The notes below the pieces were generated by a model that had not been told where the DNA came from, did no database searches, and saw only the letters and a list, made by a program, of their open reading frames with translations. A stretch of 64,000 bases of DNA from Leptogorgia sarmentosa (lineage: Eukaryota). The position numbers and the translations under genes are program-made. Below, one piece after another: positions 39,134 through 53,256 of the stretch. The stretch is from the NCBI GenBank assembly GCA_964658305.1, contig OZ210885.1, positions 15,066,001 to 15,130,000 on the forward strand, in the 5' to 3' direction. The stretch's first letter is position 1. Every line of letters begins with the position of its first letter.

Positions 39134-42100
39134 TGTTTCGCATCTACGCCAGATACGTCTGGAGATGCTACTTTACTTGAAGAAATTACCAGAAATAGTC
39201 AGATCTGTTTTTCTTTTGCACTATTATTTTTTAAATAGTCAACTATATAAACCAAATAAACCAAACAAGAATATATAAATATATAGACCAACTAGAAATG
39301 TACGTAATAAGATCTATACTACTTACAATTCGTGAGGCATGACCTGAGTATCTTGCCTTTTTAACTAACTCTTTTTATTTGCTTGTATGAAACCGCTAAA
39401 AATCTAAAATGTCAAAAGCCTGTTCCCTCCCCGATTCCACGAACTTATCCGATTCCATCACTTCTTCCTTCCCAGTCTCCGCACGGCGGTAACGGTCCTT
39501 AACACTCTCCCCCAGTGCGGAAATTAAATCTCTAATTGAGCAACGTCTAACACAATGTACTGTTATTTAACAATTAAAATAGTTTAGGAAGGTTGGTCTG
39601 CATCAAGTTCCTCTCTGGTGGCTATCAGACACAGCTTGTGGATTGGTCTGTCGTATTCCCCTGTTTCCGTCTTCATTCTTACTTTTCTCACAAGTCTGTC
39701 GCTTCCAGGGTAAACTGCCGTGATGAGCGCCATCTTCCACTTGCATCTTTTATGTTTTGGATCAAGCTCCAGAATCAAGTCACCTACTTGAACGTTTTCT
39801 CTTTTTTGAAACCACTTATTGCGGGGTAATATATTTGTCGCAAAGTACTTCAACCAGCATTTCCAGAAGTCAGCGATTCTGTTCTGTGTGCATCGTACAA
39901 GATCCCTGGGGTTGACTCTGTCTTCCGATTCTGGCTGTGGTGGGGAACAATGCTGTCCAAGAAGAATATTGTTCGGTGTTACCGGTGGGCTCTCCCAAAC
40001 GTCATCAGAGCTGGGATACAGGGGGCGACTATTGATCATGTATCCAATTTCGGCGGGGAATGTAGACCACTGTTCTGCTGTAAACGCTTGATTCTTGCAA
40101 ACAACATCGAAGGCTTGTCGGACGGACTTGATAAGCGACTCGACCACCCCGTTCTGATGACTGGCATGAGGCACATTCCATAACCATTTGAAGTAGCACG
40201 AAAACTCCTCGGTCAACACACTGTGGATTTTAAGGTTATCCCAATTCGTCATTATTTCAGCCAGGTATCCTTGGGAACCGACAAAATTAGTGCCACAGTC
40301 TGACCAACAGACATTGGGATGGCCGCGCAAGCTAGCAAACCAGCGAAATGCCAACAGAAATGTCTCTGTGCTCTTGTCAGTCACGAGTTCCAGGTGAACC
40401 GATCTGGTTGTCATACAGGTAAAAATGATTACCTGGGCTTCCTTGAGTGTCTTTCTGTTCATCCTTATCTGCACCGGTCCAAACATGTCCATTGCCGTAT
40501 TGGAAAATGGTGGCAGTCCTGCCGCAACTCGAAGACTCGGGATTTGACCCATCAGTTGATCGAGGGGCTTCTTCCGTAATTTTCTACAGGTGATACATCT
40601 TCTAGTAAGCTGTTTACGGAGGCCGAACTCTTTCCTCGCCTCATGCATTAAGTTCTTGTAACCACAATGTCGACGTCTGTCGTGGAGGTGCTGCAGGAGT
40701 AGTTTGACTAGTGGGTGGTTGCGTGGTAAAATTATCGGATTTCTCATCTCCTTTGGGAGTGATCTGATTTCTTCCAGGCATCCGTGTATTCGTTGAAGAC
40801 CATCCTGGTCCATCCTTGGAAGAAGCTTTTTTTCGAGGGGGGGGGTAGATCTAGGGACTCTTGACACATTTTGAACACATATTTTCCTGATGTTTGTAAC
40901 TCTCGAGCGGTGATAGCCCCATTCTTCACGTTGGTCTTTCTTGCATTTTGTGCAAATCGCAATATCTAAGCCAGTATTCTTCGAACCTTTGAAAACGACG
41001 AACAGGTTGCCATCAAGTGGGAAAGGATGGGATTTCCTTCCTTCTCTTCAGTAGCAAAACAGGCATTGATTTCATTCAATTTTTTGTTACATTTGGAGGA
41101 GAGTGATGGTTTCTTTTCTTTCATCGTTTCTTGGTATACCAACGTGGATGATCTGATATCTTCATCGAACTCTGGCCACTGGGCTTCGGGTAAATGAAGA
41201 AACGATGGACCGGCCAACCAGTCGGCTAATTTTTCTGTTTCTATTCCCAGCGTGAGACCATCCGCTGGATTACTCTTCGATCTGATGTACCGGAAGTCCT
41301 CTGTACCAATTGTTTCTTGAATTTCAGCAACCCGGCTTGACACGAAGGGCTTGAACTGTCGTGGCGGAGTCCTGACCCATGATAGCACTGTTGTTGAGTC
41401 AACCCAAAAGGTTCTCTTAAAGTCCTTCAGGTTCACAAACTCTAGGGCTTTGCGACATGTATCGTACATCCTGGAAAGGGCCAAGCAACCCAGAAGTTCC
41501 AATCTTGGAATGCTTTTCTTCTTCAGAGGTGCAACAAATGGCTTCAACATGACAGGAACACAACGATAACTTCCGTCATCAAGTTCCCAGCGTAGGAAAA
41601 TAACTCCACCAAATGCCTGCTCTCCCCCGTCCGAAAATCCGTGTACTTGAGGATTGCCCACTGCGTTACTTGGTTTCAACTTCCGATCGAAGTCGAACGC
41701 GAGGAGCTGATTCATTATGTCTACATTCTCGATCCACTTCGTCTGAACATTGGGGGGGAGGATTTCGTCCCAGGAGAAGCCCCACTCCAAAGCTCTTGTA
41801 GGTCGATCCTTAGTTTTATCGTAACCGGAGAGACAAGACCGAGTGGATCCCAAAGTTGAGCGAGGAAAGCCAGACAATTTCTCTTCAATACTTCACTTAA
41901 CTCTCCAATTATTTCTTGTTTCTTGAAGCTGAAGGTATCTCTCCGTTTGTCCCACTTGTGACCAAGTAGGTCTGTGAACTGCTCGTGGTTTGACCGATCG
42001 AGTCCTTCATGGTTAGAGTGCCATGTCTTTATCTGGAATTGGCCTTTACCTAGGACAATGTCGATTTCATCAATGACTTGTTCGGCTTTTTTCACTGTGG

Positions 42101-44880
42101 GCTTGGATCCAGCAATGTCATCCACGTATGCATGCTCCCGAAGTTCTTTAGATGCGTCTGGGAACTCGGACAATGACGCTTTTGCCAGGGTGCTGATTGA
42201 GTTTGCAGCGATGTCAGGGGCTGGCTTGTCACCGAAACTTAATCGTAGCCATTGGTACACTGTTGGGATGTCGCTCAGCTTGCTTCTCCATAGGAACCTG
42301 TGATAAACTTGATCTTCAGGATGGACCATAATCTGGTTAAACATTTTCCGGACATCACCCGAGTAAGCCACTTCATCCCATCGCCATGCTGTTAGAACAT
42401 TCGGCAGTTCATTTATATAGTTGGGACCTTTTTCGAGGTGGTCATTCAGCGAAAGCCCATCATGTCCTTTGCATGACGAGTCAAAGACAAGTTGAACTTT
42501 GGTTGTCTTCTCTGGAGTGAAGACAGCCTGCAGTGGCAAATACCACTCTGGTTGGGTGTGGTTCACCTGTTTGGGAGGAACCTTGATGACAAACGCTTGA
42601 TCCACTAACTTCTTAACTTCTTTGTCGACAATATCAATATAACCCTTCTTTTGGAATGACTTTTCCGCTGACTGCATTCTTTTCACAGCGATGTCGTAGT
42701 TACTTTGCTTCGGAGGCCCCTTTTCCTTCCACGGCATTTTTACCTGGATTCTTCCATCAACCAGAGTTGTTGATTGAGAGACCAGCTTCACGAACTTGCT
42801 TTCTCGCAGTTCACCTTCACTGCAGGTGCAGAAACGTGTTGGTTTGATTCCCATCAGATTTTGTTGAAGAAGTTTATTGATGCTCTCCAAGGCGTTCACG
42901 TGATTAACCTCAACTGACTGGATTTTGGCACCGTCTGCATTCTTTGAGTCTAGCTGGCCAATAATATACCATCCAAAGCAGTTTCTCTTAGCAATAGGTT
43001 CTCCACACTGACCAGAGATTGTGTGCACATCAACGAAGGCTTCAGCAAAATCGGTTCTGGTGAGGAGATCTACAGTACCACCTGAAAGATCTAGTTTTCC
43101 GGAGATGGACTTCAGGTGATGGTAATTTTCTGGTGACGGTCTTGGGGCGCTGTTGCATGGTTTTTTAACCGTATACACCTGGACAGTTTTCTCAATATCG
43201 TTCTCGGTACATGAGGCCACGGTGATTTCTAGAGTTTCAGAATCTTCTGAACGTTTTTCCCCTCGAGCGAGATTCATGGTGAGGTGGATTTGAGAACCAG
43301 TTAACCCCAGTTTCATAGCCGCTTTCGTCAATATTAGACTGGTATTTGACCCAGTGTCCAGCAGTGCTAGCATTTCTACGACGCTTACTTCACTATTCTT
43401 CACTTTTACTTTCTGGATGGGACATAGTCCAGTTCCATGCTTGATTCTCTTTTCCTGATCATCAATGTCGATCCCTTCAAGGTTATGGTTCTCAGCGATG
43501 GCTCGTTCTTGTTCAGGAAAAGGTATTGCGTTTGGATTCAGAGGTGGAACGTGATTTCTTTCATTGTGCAAAGACTTGTGGTGATTCTTCTTACATTTGT
43601 CGCAGGAAGTGCCGTCGGGCTTCTTACAATCTCTTGTATGATGTGATCCTTTTAGGCATTTGCGACATCTCTTATTTTGTTGAACTACCGGGTGGCACAA
43701 AAAAAAGTATAACTGTTTGATTATTTATAACTCAAAAACCATACGCGGTAATCAATGGGGTTTCATTGCATCCAGCGATGTCTAAGTTAAAATTTGGTAT
43801 ATTCGACAGGCATTTTCGTCCAAGATTGACTGAGATATGAGAGTTTAAACTTTTGTTAACAATTTTGAAACCTTCACAAATTAGCTAAAAACGGCCTATT
43901 AAACTGATTTTATAACCGCATCACTATTTTATCATAAGCAGTGTTTTAACAAACGTAGTTGAAGTGCAAATTTCATCTTCCTTGTAACAGAGATGCTTTC
44001 TCATTTTTGTTTGCTGTTCGGCAGCACAAGAATTGAGCTACAAGGCAAGGTTGATTAAAAGTTTTCTTCTAAATTTTAATTCCACGTCCAAAGGGGAAGC
44101 TGAATTCTAAAATGCGAATGTCACCTCTTATGCTTCTAAGTAATAATTATGCCTCGTTTAACGAAGGACTAAAGAGTTGGCAAGACGCTGCATTCGTGCT
44201 TGGGGACATGCATTTCCTAACAAATAGAAGTTTGTTTTACACGATCCGGAACACGGTACATCCCTTTATATGTCGTTAATGCAGTATTAATATTTAATAG
44301 GCCGTTTTTAGCTAATTTGTGAAGGTTCCAAAATTGTTAGCAAAAGTTTAAACTCTCATATCTCAGTCAATCTTGGACGAAAATGCCTGTTGAATATACC
44401 AAAATTTAAGTTAGACATCGCAGGATGCAATGAAACTACATTTAGGGTTCTACCGCGTATGGTTTTTGAGTTATAAGTAATCAAACAGTTATACTTTTTT
44501 TGCGCCACCCAAGATTTCCCAGCGTTGGTTAACCGTAAGCTTCTTGTAAAATGGGCAGGCAGCGAGAAGATGTTCTTCTGGGCAATCGAAGAGGCTGGTT
44601 GTATCTCTGGGAATTTCAGTGGTTAGGTTGCAGTTGTCAGACTTTTTGAAGGGTACCACGCGCCGACTTTGTTCTGCATTCTCATTATCATATTCCGGCT
44701 TTCCTCTGGAACGAAGAGCCGCCTCCTCGTGCAGCCATTCAACAAGACTGAGAACATTTTCTTCTTTTTTGTTCCTCTTCATTTCTCTCCCGAACTCGGC
44801 GTTATCACTTGCGGTGAGTTTGGACAACAGTTGTGACATGAAGAACGGTGCGTCTGAAGACGATGTCACCATGCAGTCAT
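39134..44880 (-). mobile_element. BEL/Pao LTR retrotransposon, 5'-truncated, 3' LTR at 39134-39504
   Basis: LLDTGS, YLP...VFDSS, YVDD, HGFSDG, IPRLEL, SDCGTNF, RPIHKLC; PPT gggggagag next to a TG...CA LTR. Confidence 0.9.
43688..44510. mobile_element. Tc1/mariner-derived fold-back MITE inserted in BEL gag
   Basis: TA then ccgggtggcacaaaaaaaagtataactgtttg; ~215-bp inverted arms; right tip eroded. Confidence 0.85.
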
Positions 44881-45569
44881 TGGTGAACTAAAACTAATTT
44901 GAAGAATGCTCCAACAAACCCAAACCAGAATCGAAATGTTTGTCAAAAATGTATGACATCAAACAGTGGTTGGAGCGCCACAGTGATGACGTACACAAAC
45001 ATGTGAAGCCCCGCTGCTTCAAATTTGTCCGAAATGACAAAAATGAGGCAGTTATGTATTACAGAAAATGGAGTCATGACGAGTAGATGGGTCCAGCACG
45101 GCTATTGAAGGTATTATATTAGGATGTTTTCATAAAAGGTTATTTTAAGATGGGAATTAATGTTTCATTTTTTCCCTTAAATATAGTCACTTCCTACTGA
45201 CATGCCAATGCAGCTACCACCAGATTTTACCAAGGTGGACTTACCTAAACTTGCATCTGACATGCAAAAATGGTATCAAGTCATGCCATCATTAGCACAA
45301 GAGTGGTGGGAATCATTTTTACAGTCACTAGAAAATACAGCAAGCCGACAACAGCAGCAATACTTGTCCAATATTGCTACTGAAAAACCATACACAAAGA
45401 CCAAGTGCTGAACCTGAGGAAACAGCTGAGATACCAACACAGCTATCAGAATTGAGAGAAAAGGAGTTGGAACCACTAGAAGAGGTCCAAGAACCTTGCA
45501 CCCTATATTAAAAATGTACCCTATGAAATGCCATTTGTTCTCAACATATTGATCAAGGAAAAATGCTGG

Positions 45570-47167
45570 AATATCTGCTGAACCGAGTATAGCACAAATC
45601 GCTTCTTTTGCAGGTTTCACCATTGTTTCAAAAACTCCCCTGAAATGAGGTGCAAGGGGTGGATTGAAATGCCACTTCACACCTTTATTTGCTGTCGATG
45701 CCATGATTCTAGTTTTTGATTCTAGATTCGAGTTGCTGTATTAGTTGACGCAACTCTTTTTCCGCTCCAACGAAATTAGTCCCATTGTCGGAAATTACTT
45801 CTTGTGGTAGACCTCGACGATTTACCATTCGAAAAAAGGCATTGAAGAAAGTATCAAGAGAAAAGGCTATCTCAAGATGGACTGCTCGGCAGGACAAACA
45901 CGTGAACAGACTAAGATAACGTTTCTGACGACATCTTCCTCTTCCTTGGGTAGTCACGAACGGTCCTGCATAATCAACAGCTGCGTAGCTGAATGCTCGC
46001 ATTGACGTTCTCACTCGAATATATGGAAGAGGCGCCATGATTTGAGTTGCTGGTTTGGCGTTTCGTCTTCTGCATTCTGCACATGCTTTCTCCCACTCTC
46101 GAACTTCTTCCCGTCCATAGATAATCCAAAATCTTGATGAAATGTCAGATAACGTTGAATTTGTGCCACTAACATGGTTGCCTTGTTCATGATAAAATCT
46201 CACAATAAGCTGGGTAACCCAGTGTTTTCGAGGTAAAATGATTGGAAAGCGGACGTCGAAAGGTAAAAATTCAGCGTATTGCAGACGACCATTGGATCTA
46301 ACAAGACCGACTTCATGGATTTTTGGGAGCAAACTGAGTACCTTACTATTTTTTGGAATTTCTTTACCACATTGAAGGGCATCTATTTCTGAAGGAAACG
46401 CTTCTTCTGGGCTGGAATGATGATGGCGTTTTCGGCATCTGTAATTTCGTCTGGAGTTAGTTCACCGTACGATTATGATCTTTCGAATGACTGTTACTTA
46501 GGAATCGATTCACCCAAGCGTGAATTCGAGTTAGCCTTTTCCATGATGAAAATAATGTTGGTTGTAAGTGCCAAATGTCAATTTTGTTCGATTTTATGGT
46601 AGTCATCACCCTTTCAGCTTTTACGTTATTTTCACTAGATTTCTTTTTTTCGATTGTATTTCTCTGTGGTATTCGATTATTCTTGCGTTCTTCATTTGAA
46701 ACGTTTTGACCCGGGATTACAGTGGTTAGCCACGCAGATTCGTCTAATTCGACCTTGCCACCATAATTCCATGGAAGATAACATCGAGATTGTCGTTCCT
46801 CTTGTCATTATGTTGGCGGGATTCTCTTTGGACAGAACATGACGCCATTGATCAGGGTTGGTTGAGGTTTGAATTTCACCTACACGATTTGCGACGAACA
46901 CTAGGGTTGCGTATCCAACAAAGAACATTCATGCTATCCGACCAATAAACAGTTAGATCGGTATCACTGTCAGTACGCTAAGGATGGAAGACGTCAGCCT
47001 TACACCTAATACTGCTGCCATCAATTCGAGACGTGGGATGCTCATTGTTTTAAGTGGCGCCACTTTAGTCTTTGCTGCTATTAAACGACATGATTGCTTT
47101 CCACTTTGATAGCTGATATTAGCATAGACAACAGCTCCGTAGGCGAATTGAGACGCATCAACGAATG
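45570..47167 (-). pseudogene. BEL/Pao RNase H-integrase fragment related to the element at 59940+
   Basis: FVDASQ, IPRLEL, LPFDVRFPIILPRKHWVT, SDNGTNF. Confidence 0.88.
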
Positions 47168-47381
47168 ATCCGAAGAGAATAATTTATACTAATTATTGTT
47201 TAATTTATGCATCACCGTATGTATATAAGTGTGTGTAAAATTGGAAAATTAAACGAGACTTACCTGGAAGTTGAAGTTTGATTGAAATTCTACCACACAC
47301 GGCGGGCTAGCGCTGCCCGAAAACGGTCAGATGGCCTTACGTGAGCCCGCATATACGTTGCTGCGGTTCATATTAAAAAAC

Positions 47382-47999
47382 ATGGCGTCGCTCATTGTGA
47401 AATTGCACGACGTTGTTAAAGACTATATTAAAAGTGCAAAGAATGTTGATATTGCTGGGAAAATTGGAGCAGAAGTTCTGCTACGTACGAAGGAGGTTGT
47501 AAAGAAACATATGTGGGAAGGCGAAGATGCATGTGCATTCCACGTTGCTTTGCTTTATCCAATTGTAGCGAGGGAACTTACTCGATGGAACAAAATAGCA
47601 ACTAGGAGAATGAAATCATCGACTCAATCTTCTCAGCCCTGGCAAATATGCTTCTCTCGAGATGTTCCAGTCGAGGAATACAAAGTTCTAAAGCTCACTA
47701 TTTTAACAGGCAAATACGGTGCGGTCTTTAAAAGTACAAGGAATGTTGAATACCTTCACTTGTCAAGTAGAGAGGCTTTATGTTTATGGATTGGACATGT
47801 AATAAGTCGTGAAAACGGAGAAACACAGAAAAAACAGGAGTTGTTCAAAAAGTTATTAAAGAATGGGTCATATTGCGAGGTTATTGTCAATAAGGAACAA
47901 CCATTCGTCATCAAATATTCAAGTTCAATGGAAACCCTTAAGGTTGTCATGTTTTATGGATGCTGGAACGCTTTTGGTGTTCCTCAACATGTTTTCTAG
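47382..47999 (+). CDS. Intact ~205-aa accessory ORF of unknown function
   Basis: aaacATGG start 84 bp inside the TIR; uninterrupted; convergent with the transposase. Confidence 0.65.
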   Translation: MASLIVKLHDVVKDYIKSAKNVDIAGKIGAEVLLRTKEVVKKHMWEGEDACAFHVALLYPIVARELTRWNKIATRRMKSSTQSSQPWQICFSRDVPVEEYKVLKLTILTGKYGAVFKSTRNVEYLHLSSREALCLWIGHVISRENGETQKKQELFKKLLKNGSYCEVIVNKEQPFVIKYSSSMETLKVVMFYGCWNAFGVPQHVF

Positions 48000-48938
48000 C
48001 GCCACATCTGTGTTTATGTGTTATATGAATTATAAAGTACTAAACAACATTCATTGTAGGCAATCCTTTATTTTATTGTTTTCATGTCATTGGACATGTT
48101 GAACTCAGTTCAGTATTTAATTTATAGTTGCTGTTGAGTTTGAATATATAACAAGTCAGTATAAATTGCATTTGTTTACATGCATGATCAATGCCCATAA
48201 CTGGCACTATAACAATTTCTATGCAATTACATTCCCTAAAGTGAATTAATTGGAAGTTGAAGTGAATTAATTGGAAGTTGAAGGTAACCTGCACATGCAA
48301 ATATTCTCAAAATCTTGTTTTTGTTCCTCTATTCTGTCGAGGAGATTTTGAGCATAATCACTATTTAGGGAATGGGGGAGTCATGAAAGAGTGGTCCTAT
48401 TAGTAATAATACTAAAATTTTGACTCACCTCACAGAAACGGCAAAAAATAATGCCCTCCACCAGGTTGCAGAAGACGGTTACCTTCAACACAAGCTATGC
48501 AGTATCCATAGTACATTTAGTAACAATTCTAGACACAAGTTTCAAGGCCTGTTTTGTTGTAAAATCATGAATACAGGTTTGTCACACAGTCAGTCTGCTA
48601 TCATACAAAGCCTTTGAGAAATTATTGATAGGATGACCATCTCCATCCCTCTTCCCCATCCCACCCACATCACTTCCATCATCCCCCCCACCCCACCACC
48701 ATTAACAGACAAGAACAAAAAATAGACATATACATTATAATTAATATATACTTTTAAATGTATTGAATAAATAAATAACTAATGAACAAATAAATATTGT
48801 TAAAAACAATCAACATATCCAACAATATATAACATTTACAACTTGGAAAAGCACCAGAAATTGCTTCTGACAAAATCAGTTCCGTTCGTTTTCATGCTTT
48901 GATAATTACAACTAATCAACAGCTTTAAACTAGCTATT

Positions 48939-51198
48939 TTAAACCTTCCTGAGTTTGACTAACTTTGTCAATTCTGGAGTTAAGCTTCCAGCTACAGCTG
49001 ATTTCTTAACAGCTTCATAACTATCTGAAGAACAAATGCTACAATTATCTAATCCTGCTTCTAAGGGGAAACCACAATAGCAAATATTTTCCAGACTAAC
49101 TTCTTTTGGTATGTATTCCCATTTATATTTGGTATACTTAGTATGCAACGGATCATTTCTTCTGACCCAAACATTTGCCATGAAGTCATGCCTGAGAACC
49201 ATAAACCAACGCATAGATTTAGTGGAATGCCTGGCATATTGGGCCAGCCTAACATGTTTTGCTTCCCTCCCTTGCATGCTATTGAGGCCCAAACCTAAAC
49301 CGTACTTGTCAAATAGTATCTGAGTATGTCTAGGAATGGCATAACCAATAGTCCAAATAGTGGGTGTTAGTGGGTGTGATGTTATTAAAAAGCAGCATAT
49401 TAGCATTATAAAAATACTGGCATGCTTTTTTACACCTGTCAATTCCTGCCTGATCTATGTTTACACGAGAGAAATACGAGATGGCATCTCTCAATTGCAA
49501 ACAACAGTATGCAATTGCCGCAAGCCGAAGTTTTGTTTCAGGACTATCAGAATCATTTCTGAGACAAGCTATAAGAAACATAAATTTGTGGCAAAAAATC
49601 TTTGTTTCTTTGCCAGTAAATCTGTAGGCAAATGACCTTTTGCGACCTTCACTGAACCATTTTTTGACCTTCTTAAATAATCTAGTAGCCTTTAGTTGCT
49701 CTTTTAATGCTACCAAATACAAAAAAAATGGAGCGTCATTCGGCAGACTGTCAACATCTATGAAATTTGCAGCAATTTTTGACTTACTCAATGCAATTTC
49801 CAAAATAAGCAAATGCATATAACCCCAGGCATTATTTGCATTATGCAATGGTTCTGTCAGTCCATGATCAATAAGCTTACCAATTATTGGCTCACTTTCT
49901 TGTCTAGAACCCTGTTCCCTAATGTAATTCAAAACCTGGTTTCTTTTGGTTGCTTCGGAAATTTTCTTACTTTCTAACTTCCCTTTCTTAAGTGTAACTT
50001 TCTCTGCTACCTTTATTCTATCATTGTAAACCCATGGGTGCCAGGTACAACTGGCATCCTCTCCTAAAGAGCCGTTACTGGCCATTTTATTGTCATTATT
50101 GACATCCCCAAATGGAGAGAAATAATATGCTGCATTATTTAACTCTCCTCCCATGAAAGATAGCCACTTCATATCACTTGGAAGAAGGTCTACAGTGAAT
50201 TTTACATCAAAGCCTTTTATTTTGTAAGTCTGCTTTTCAATGTAGGCAATATCAGAAACAAGTTTCCTAGCATATCTCTGCATGCTCATATGTGTCTCAG
50301 AACAATTTGCTCCACACAAAAGAAAATTGTCATTTTGGCTTTGCACATGCTTGCCAACATTTAAAAATGATATAAGCCATGCTGTGGCTTCGTCATCTTT
50401 TCCGAAAGGTGCCCCATCTGCACCAAGGGCAATTCTGAAATGATAAGGGGTACTTCCAAAATGGTGTAAAAATGGTTGGGGCAACGTCTGATCAACAACA
50501 ATATATAACTCAGCTAAAACTACAAGAAAGTTGCCTAACTCTCTGTAGGAACCTGGAACTTGTTCCTCAAGTTTGTCATATTCTTGACAAAATTCAGCTG
50601 AAAAATCCCTGATATTGTCCACATTATTTGCTGACTTTATAAAGGCTATGAGCTTATCATAATATAGCAGCTTGGGATTAAATACATTGCTAGAATTTGG
50701 TACAATGGCTAAAATATTTCTACATACAGACTTGTACTTTTCTTTCGTCAAAAGACCTCCCTCATACAGAATTTTGAGGCTACGGCAAATATTATCATTA
50801 CCACTTTGATACATTTCTGTCTCCGATTTTACTATTGAAGGCATAATCTTTTTATTCACTGTTTCAGAATTTGAAAGAAAATCTTTAAGTGTATCAGTTG
50901 ATGATTTGTTTACCAATGTTACCCACATTCCAGCAAGGGCTGATGACTTTTTACCTTTCTGATCACCATGTATTTCTTTGCATGCATTCAAAGTTTCCTT
51001 CTGTCTTCTTCGACTTGACGTCTCAGATAAGGAGGCTTGAAAGGTATCTGAATTCTCTACATTTGCCTCTGAGGGAGTCTTTTGTCGAAATGTCATCTTT
51101 CTCTTGGATGGTAAGCTTGTTCCAGTTTCGTCATCATTCTCAAGTAGTGATGTAAGCTTTTCTTTACGACGCTTAAGCTGTAACAGTTAGTATCATTT
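48939..51198 (-). pseudogene. Chapaev/Transib/RAG1-fold DDE transposase main exon, broken by a 10-bp duplication; upstream exon near 54457-54706
   Basis: GADGAPF, PSDMKWL, EPLH, GLGLNSMQGREAKH, C-terminal CYCG...CSIC; tagtgggtgt duplicated at 49358-49377. Confidence 0.7.
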
Positions 51199-51396
51199 AG
51201 TACCATCACGGTTAATAGAAGGAGATGGTTGGGCTAGCGCGGTAAACTTCAAAGGGTTGGGGAGATCATGTCGGGAACCAATGAAAAAAGTGTCACGTGA
51301 TGCGGTAGTGGCATTGCTTTGCTAGCGCTAAGAGGGTTTGCAATTGTATTCGAAGTGTTCTACGCGAATTGAAAGCTTTTTATATCGTTTTTCGAC

Positions 51397-52680
51397 ATGG
51401 AATTTGAAGAAGAAATAGGATATGAGTTGAGTGAACAAAGTTCTGCCACAGGGGGCGAAGATTACGAACAGGAACTCGCTCATATGTCGGAAATCGCTCC
51501 AGGCGATGAAGTTGATGACAGACAAGATCCATATTGTTTGGATTTGACTGTTGCCATCGCCGAAACTGTCGAAACTGCCGATAGTGTTGAAGTAGCAGAA
51601 GAGTTTGAAGAAGCCTTAGAGGAAATCGAAGGTAAAAAATCCTTTCCTTGTTCTAAATGTGAAAAGATTTGCAAGTCAAAAGGAGGTTTGACCAGGCATG
51701 TGAATTCGAAGCATCAAGACGCTGTTGTTGGCGAAGGAGAAGGCACCGAAGCCTGTAGCTCCCACACGCATAGCTTTTCTCTTGAAATATTATCTGGAAT
51801 TGTGGAAACCATCAAGACAAATGTAATTCAGGAAGATATATATGGAACTGAGATAAACACGAGCATAAAAACTGTTTCATGCAGCGAAGCGTTGTTTAAT
51901 GCCGTCCTCCCCATGTATGAAAGATTCTCGAGAAAGAAAGATCAGGACAGGTTGCTCGAATCATTTTATGGATTGTTCCCAAACTCATGCAAGCTGTTAA
52001 ACTGCCAAGACTTTCGAGCTGCCAATTTGATCATGATTCATCTTCCTGATCACTTGGTTGGCTTTCACAATGTGCGCCTGGTGGCGGGGAAAGAAGCATC
52101 AACTACACATGTTGATGTCCAGCCAGCTGCTCAAAGTCAAATTGGACCAGCTGAACGTGGACCTATGTCGTACATAGCTGGCTACGTATTGTCCAAACTT
52201 TATCAAACGAGCAAACGAAAGGCAGGGAATCAGAACATTGAGCTACAAGCTCTTTTACAAAGTATGAAGTCATCCCATGAGACATCCAACAGCTTCATCT
52301 CAGCTAGATCAAGAGGTGGTCTTGTCACGCCATGTGAAGAGTTGGTTGGAATTTTGGAAATCACTGAGTTGTGTTTTCGGAAAGAAGTGGACCAAAAATC
52401 GCAAACAGTGCGGAATATACCCACAGAAATTATATACAATTCAACAATTGATTCTCCACAAGTGAAGTCACTATGGGATAGTATTGTCTTAGCTTCTAGT
52501 GTCGAGGCATCAAGTTTGACCTCAAAACTATGCTTAGAGAACATTATTAAACTTTATGTAAGGGTGCGTTCATTTTCCTATGCCAAGGATTATATAACAA
52601 AATATAAAATTAAGGCGAAACAGATAAAGAAAAAATCACTTAGGAAAGAAATGAAAAAAGGATCAAAGGATAATAAATAA
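51397..52680 (+). CDS. Intact 427-aa ORF: acidic N-terminus, C2H2 finger, P-transposase C-terminal-like domain
   Basis: FPCSKCEKICKSKGGLTRHVNSKH; YIAGYV; SRGGLVTP; YVRVRSF; basic tail. Confidence 0.75.
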   Translation: MEFEEEIGYELSEQSSATGGEDYEQELAHMSEIAPGDEVDDRQDPYCLDLTVAIAETVETADSVEVAEEFEEALEEIEGKKSFPCSKCEKICKSKGGLTRHVNSKHQDAVVGEGEGTEACSSHTHSFSLEILSGIVETIKTNVIQEDIYGTEINTSIKTVSCSEALFNAVLPMYERFSRKKDQDRLLESFYGLFPNSCKLLNCQDFRAANLIMIHLPDHLVGFHNVRLVAGKEASTTHVDVQPAAQSQIGPAERGPMSYIAGYVLSKLYQTSKRKAGNQNIELQALLQSMKSSHETSNSFISARSRGGLVTPCEELVGILEITELCFRKEVDQKSQTVRNIPTEIIYNSTIDSPQVKSLWDSIVLASSVEASSLTSKLCLENIIKLYVRVRSFSYAKDYITKYKIKAKQIKKKSLRKEMKKGSKDNK

Positions 52681-53105
52681 TTATACAGATTTAAGATTGT
52701 ATACCCCAAACAAAATTTATTTTGATCTATTATTGCCATTGCTGAAGGTTATTTGTCCTTCATATGAAATAAACTTACACACTAAGTCACAAACTATTGT
52801 TAATAATCAAACTTAAACTATATTAAACCATATTAAATTATTAATCTGTTCCATACAATGTTTATAAAAATATATACAATTTCTTGAATGTTCATGTTTT
52901 GATACTGGCTTTTCTTGACTGAAATGATTGTACAGTGGATAATATTAGTATATCTGCTAAAAAACTGGCCTATTAATTAGGTTATCCTGATTTACCAGCA
53001 CATATTTTTTGCAATGCATGTAGAAGTGTAAAACATGTACAGCTTGCATAATCACAATACCAAGTATTACAATGGCAGAAATAATGGTTGTATGGTTTCT
53101 GTTAG

Positions 53106-53256
53106 CAGTGGTGTTGCCAGCTTATTAAGTGGGAGGGGGGCATATTCATATATTTGTCTTCTGCACAATTAATTTCTTTTGAAATCAATTGTTCTCAAGG
53201 TATGTGAACACAAATACATGAATATGCACCCCTTATCGAGCCCGGCTACACCACTG
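53106..53256. mobile_element. Small hAT-like MITE
   Basis: cagtggtgttgcc ... ggctacaccactg inverted ends; no TSD seen. Confidence 0.45.

Larger units (their letters stand above)
37480..45410 (+). pseudogene. Intron-containing DDE-type transposase remnant (DUF7869/Sola-like, family uncertain), split by a Kolobok-like MITE and a BEL element
   Basis: VCMQAW...HGNTG...KVHLP...RK|ENRFTKCDHC (intron 38015-39017); C-terminal YDIKQWL...FKF...YYRKWS at ~44900-45410; central region missing. Confidence 0.5.

Noticed and set aside
47298..47325. RSS-like heptamer-12-nonamer (CACGGCG-12 nt-CCGAAAACG)
   Set aside because: Only 6/9 nonamer match and no 23-spacer counterpart at the other end.
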